From: Schizochytrium sp. TIO01
Lineage: Eukaryota; Protista; Bigyra: Labyrinthulomycetes
DNA length: 64,000 nucleotides
NCBI GenBank assembly: GCA_004764695.1
Contig: SMSO01000031.1
Location: 6,492,761-6,556,760, forward strand
Reading direction: 5' to 3'
The position numbers and the translations under genes are program-made. The notes beneath the pieces were generated by a model. It was not told the DNA's origin, made no database searches, and saw only the letters and a list, made by a program, of their open reading frames with translations. Positions 59,180 to 64,000 of the stretch are shown one piece after another (position 1 is the stretch's first letter; each line of letters opens with the position of its first letter).

Positions 59180-60950
59180 TTATGATGAAGCAGAAGGGGT
59201 GGGTTCTACTTCTGGTGCCTTTTTGGCATTCTTGATGAAAGCACGAATCTTGTCATGGTCCTTCACACCAGCACTAGCCTCAACGCCGCTTGCCACATCT
59301 ACGCACCAAGGCTTGGCAACAGCAACTGCCTCAGCCACATTCTCAGGAGTGAGGCCTCCAGCCATAACAAGCGGCAAGCTGTTACGCTCTGCCAGCTTGC
59401 AAGCAATTCCCCAGTCAAAAGTCTGACCAGTGCCCCCACTTGCACCTCCCTTGATGCTGGTATCAAGCAGAAGGGCTGCAGCAGGACCATCAAGGAGCTT
59501 GGAATCATCAACTGGCAATGTCTTCTCCGAGGCGCTAGCATCGGCGTCAACATGGACAACACGGATGACAGGCAGGGCACATTGAGCCTCAAACTCAGGA
59601 TCTTCAGTGCTATGAAGCTGGATCATATCCACACCAGCCTCGAGAGCAAGTTTATTAACCTCGTCGAGAGGCTGGTTCATAAAAACACCCACAAGCAGAG
59701 GACGGCCTTGTCCACGACAAGCCCTGCTGATGACATCTCCCCACATCTGAAACCAACCCTTCTCAACACGCACACGCTTGCCAGGGCTGCGAAGCTCGCC
59801 TTCATCATCGCTACCATTCGTACGTGCCTTATCACCATTGCTCTTATCTGTGGGTAGTGCCGCACCAGAAGTCGAGCGTGAGAACTCTTCCATAAGTTCC
59901 ACACGCCCATCGCGTTCACGAAAGTCACGAATAGCTTGTACAATTTCCTTCGCCTTTTCCATGGTGACATAGCGGGATGACTTTTCTACAAAGATAAGTC
60001 CAATTAGGTCAGCGCCAGCCTTCGCGGCCGTCAATGCAGCATCGGGGTCATTCATGCCACAGATCTTCACCAGAGGTGCCTGTTCACGTGCAGCAGTCTC
60101 TCTGACGAGGCTTGAAATCATCTCCGTTGGGTTAGGTGCCCGCATGAGGGTTTCTCCCACCAGCAAACCGCTAATGCCTCCATGTTCCTCATACTTGCGT
60201 ACATCCTCGCGTGATTTGATTCCGCTCAAAGCCAAAATCACAGTGTCATCCGCAGCTCCGGCCTCCTTGACCACGCGAGCGATCCGAGGGGTAGTTTCCA
60301 TGTCCACTTTGAAGGTATGAAGGTTGCGATTGTTCACACCAAGCACCTTAGCACCAGCTTTGAGAGCAATCTTTGTCTCCTCCTCGTTGACCACCTCTAC
60401 GAGAGGCTCCATTTTGAGCTCACGGCACCTCTTTCAGAAGTTTGGTCAGCTCTGCCTCGTCTAACACACTCAGCATCAGCAAAACAGTATCAGCGCCGAA
60501 AGCTCTGGCTTCGAGCAATTGATATTCGTCCACTACAAAGTCCTTCCGCAAAACCAAAGTGCGAAATCCGCCGAGTTGGTCGATCTCGTCGATGGCCCTA
60601 CGCACGGAAAGCATGTCGTCGAGGGAGCCCTTGAACCATTTGGGCTCAGTGAGCACTGACACAAGGCCAGCACCAGCTTTGGCGTATTTGATGGCCTGTT
60701 CGGCAGGGTCAAGATCTGTAGCAATGTCACCTTTGCTTGGAGAAGCCCGCTTGAACTCAGCGGCGACGAACATCTCGTGAACAGCGCTGGAGTGCTTCTT
60801 AATAGCCTCGAAAAGGTCCAAAGGCTCACCTAATTCGGCCTCGCGAAGCTTAATAAGCTTTTCAAGCTGAGATGAAGTCACGGCCTTACTGTCGGCGGCG
60901 ACATCCTCGCGGCGCTGGTCAACGATGAGCTCAAGCTTTGACTTGCCCAT
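59180..60950 (-). CDS. trpCF: Bifunctional indole-3-glycerol-phosphate synthase / phosphoribosylanthranilate isomerase (TrpC-TrpF), interrupted by one +1 frame break near 60433
   Basis: AEFKRASPSKG, SVLTEPKWFKGS, LRKDF, then MEPLVEV, GVNNRNL, SGI, LVGETLMR (IGPS); VKICG, GVF, IQLH, LLDT, GGTGQTFDW, AGGLTPENV, DVASGVE (PRAI). Removing one A gives 589 aa. Confidence 0.92.
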
Positions 60951-63046
60951 TGTAAAGAAGTTTGAGATGCTGAGTTTGCTTCACCTGGAGGAAAACGGGC
61001 TCGGATGAAGAGATCTCGAGCGGTGCCTGCGAAGGTATACAAATATGGCCCAGTGAAGACTATGAACGCCTGCAAAGGCGAAACAAAGAAGAGCTGGAGC
61101 TCGTCGGGGCTCGGAGATTGAACTCTATGCTCAGTTTATTTTCCTTCTCTGTGCGATTAGATTGATTGTACTCAGGGCACTTTGTTTAATGCTAAATAGC
61201 AGGAGTAAGAGTCATTTAGGTGGCAGTACTAGTATTTTTATGCTGTTCGTAATGGTTCAAGAGTGTTCCTTGTCTTCAGGTTTGTTATCGAGCTCTTTCT
61301 TTTGTATCGTAGAGTCAGAGGTTGTTTCAATTGCAACTGGACTGTAGTTCTTGCGGGCACGTGTTTTGCTCAGAACAAATCCGCACAGCAAACCATGCAA
61401 ATCATGTACTAAAATGATGACTATGGAAGGCAGCAGTAAAAGGTTTTCAAGAGAGATAGTGTGTAGCTCGAATAATTGTATTATTTGCTTTTTGCAGCAG
61501 AAAACTCAAACATTTTCTAGTAGGACTGACTGGGTATGTTCCATCTACACATTCAAGTATATAAAGTCTCACTAGTTTGCAAGGATCATTGAAGAATGAT
61601 TTATCACTTAAAGCCTCTTTTCAAACGCCATCTCGGATTAGCGTTTTCTTTTATAGGATGAAGGTAACCAACTTATGAAGTGCTCAGGAGGCCATTACAA
61701 ATCGAAGGTTTAGAGGGGGAAATCTGAAAAAGTCTTACTCTCAGTACAGTATGTCAACATTTGCATCACTATGTGTGGAACTGTGAATTGGTATTTGTTA
61801 CTTGAATACTGAGCAGGTTTCGCATTCACGTAACTGTGACAGAACAAGATGGCAGAACGCCGTACATATCTATTAAAAATTGAGAGACAATAGGCGTTTA
61901 GGACAGCCAAATCTTTTAAAAAAGTTCTTTGTTGTAATTAATAGGAAAAGAACTAAAGAGCATGGCAAAATGTGCACCATATCGCAGAGAAACAATTTCT
62001 AAGATTTGAGATGCATATGTTACTTCTAGTTGATGTGGCCGAAATTGAAGTCAGACGCATTATTTTCCAAGAATCCTGTTATCAGGAACCAGCGGAGCAT
62101 ACAGTAAGATATTTGATAGCCCTTCTTAACTCGGAGTTAGTAGGCACGATGAAGTGGGTACTTATGTTAGGTATTAAGGCCAGAAGAGAATAACAAGCGC
62201 ACTTGTAAACTCTCCATAGGATCCAGCTTTCTAAATCTTAAGCTTGTTATTTTAGATATACATGAAATCTTTTACTCGATAGAATATTTGTAAGCCATGC
62301 TTCATGTCTTACAAATAAATGATTAAGATCACGGTGTCTGCTGTAATTCATATTAATTCATATTGAAGCCGCGATAGTGCTAATCAGGTGCATACACCTT
62401 TCCTCCTTTCAAGCCTCTCGCTCTCGTTCAAAATCAATGACATCATCCATAGCTATCCGCTAAAGCATAAATTTCCCATGAGTTGATTGGCACCGACATA
62501 AGTATGCTTTCATAGTTCTATGCGAAGAAGATGATTATATTCTGGTGCTTGCTTGCTTGCTTGCTTGAAATCAAGTATCTTCAAACATTTTGTGGATGAC
62601 AATTCACAAGATACAACAAGCAATGTAAGAAAGAGACTTTTGGAGGTGACGTCGTACAGAAGTAAATCATAAAAATTAATATTATTTCACCAAATAGGGG
62701 TACTGTATAACAACAATACACGATCATGTCTGGACAAGAAAATTAACACGTGTAGTTTCCAATTGTGATGTCTATAGTTTTGTCATAGTATTTGGAGTAT
62801 TCTATCAATTGTTTAATGGTGAAATTTAAGGTAAATCAAGTGCACTGAAAAGAACAAAGAAACGAAAGCAGAGCCTTCTGATAAGTGTCGAGAATTCAGA
62901 TGGGTCATACTTTTTTCTTTGGAAGAAAAGGACAAACTAGTTAAGAGAGAGAAGAACGGATTGGCTCAGCATATGCTCATAGATCATCCATTTTGGGATA
63001 CTTCCATGGATTTATCTTTGAAAACAAGCGAAGCGCTGTTGTAGGT

Positions 63047-64000
63047 TCACGAAGATTCACTCTTAGCACGCTTCACTTCGGCAGTTTCTTCTGCTGCAAG
63101 ACCCTCAGCTTTGCGTTTCCCGGCGTCTGTGGTCTCAGAGCTTTCAGGTTTATCGTCATTGGAGGTTTCCTTAGTAGACTCATCCGACTCTTGGGATGGA
63201 GCCGCTGCCTTCTTGCGAACTTGCAAAAGGTTTGTCGGTGCTGCAGAAACAGACTCTGCTGCGGTACTTGAGGGCTTATCGAAAGCGCTCGATGTAGTTT
63301 CATTGTTTTCGTTTTCATTATTAGACGCTGACCCGATAGCATCCTCAACAACATCACCGGCGGATCCAGTCAAAGCCCGTGTGGCCTCTGGATTCTCAAG
63401 CACAATGTAAATATCATCCACCTTCATCTTGAGCTCATCAATCATAATCACAAATCTCTCAGCACCCTCGGCTTCCTCCTTCAGATCGTCCTTGGAAGGT
63501 AAAGTGCCGAGAAGCTTATCAAGCTGAACCTTTGCCTTCGCAAGTGCGGATTTTTCGGCACTGGACAAGGGGGGGTCTTCGCCCTCCTCAGATTTCTTGG
63601 CTGGGGCCTTTGATGGGCTAGTTTTAGCAGGTTCCTTGCCACTGCTATCCATTTTAGCGTCGCCATCGTCTTCATCATCGTCGTTTGCATCATCGTTAGC
63701 CTTAGCTTCATCATCGCCAGCGGCTTTCTCGCTATCAACCCGCACCTCATCAAGGGCAGAGATGATATCTTCAAGGCCAGTCTTGTCGGCCTTGAGCAAG
63801 TACTGGCGGTGGATTGCGATATGCACCATGGCGGCGAGGTAGTGTCGCAGGGAGTGAATCTGATGCACGCGCATTTCACTGACAGTGTCTACACTGGAAG
63901 AACAGAATACATGAGCTGTGGCAAGATGAGTGTGAATATCAGCCAGATCAAGGTGGGGAGAGTTATCTTGGGACGTTTCCTCCTTACGCTCCAAAGCCTT
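63047..64000 (-). CDS. 3' part of a NASP/Hif1/Sim3-like acidic histone chaperone (start lies beyond the window)
   Basis: Long open frame running off the window edge; LADIHTHLA helical repeat, acidic insert, coiled coil IDELKMKVDDI, NLLQVRKK and basic KRKAE/KRAK tail. Coding status is firm, family call tentative. Confidence 0.55.
   Translation of the reverse strand, partial: KALERKEETSQDNSPHLDLADIHTHLATAHVFCSSSVDTVSEMRVHQIHSLRHYLAAMVHIAIHRQYLLKADKTGLEDIISALDEVRVDSEKAAGDDEAKANDDANDDDEDDGDAKMDSSGKEPAKTSPSKAPAKKSEEGEDPPLSSAEKSALAKAKVQLDKLLGTLPSKDDLKEEAEGAERFVIMIDELKMKVDDIYIVLENPEATRALTGSAGDVVEDAIGSASNNENENNETTSSAFDKPSSTAAESVSAAPTNLLQVRKKAAAPSQESDESTKETSNDDKPESSETTDAGKRKAEGLAAEETAEVKRAKSESS

Noticed and set aside
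52842-60950. PRPS plus trpCF as a metabolic gene cluster
   Set aside because: Separated by about 5 kb and by RPS29; two genes are not enough evidence

Overview
Eukaryotic nuclear DNA with nearly intron-free genes separated by long spacers rich in simple repeats. The gene style is consistent with a thraustochytrid/labyrinthulomycete stramenopile (inference only). Fourteen protein genes are supported: DNAAF5-like HEAT protein, a PDZ-RGS-DENN protein, a small CREST-like membrane protein, an F-box/LRR protein, divergently paired PINX1-like and RRP9 genes, DGAT2, a Nup58-like nucleoporin, a ~3,950-codon BRWD/PHIP-like WD40-bromodomain gene, UreG, an atypical PRPP-synthetase homolog, RPS29 (absent from the ORF track), a TrpC-TrpF fusion and a partial NASP-like gene. 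Main leads: (1) about 12 roughly helically phased copies of CGCAAGTGRAGTAT at 33.0-34.3 kb, next to a near-pure AT tract and directly upstream of the BRWD-like gene; (2) that gene ends in an AP2-like DNA-binding motif visible only after a frame change; (3) a box C/D snoRNA in the RRP9 intron; (4) a PRPS paralog with degenerate catalytic motifs and a targeting/membrane N-terminus; (5) three +1 frame breaks that are most likely assembly indels. No CRISPR array, tRNA, rRNA or intact transposon was recognised. All calls are by eye; no searches were run.
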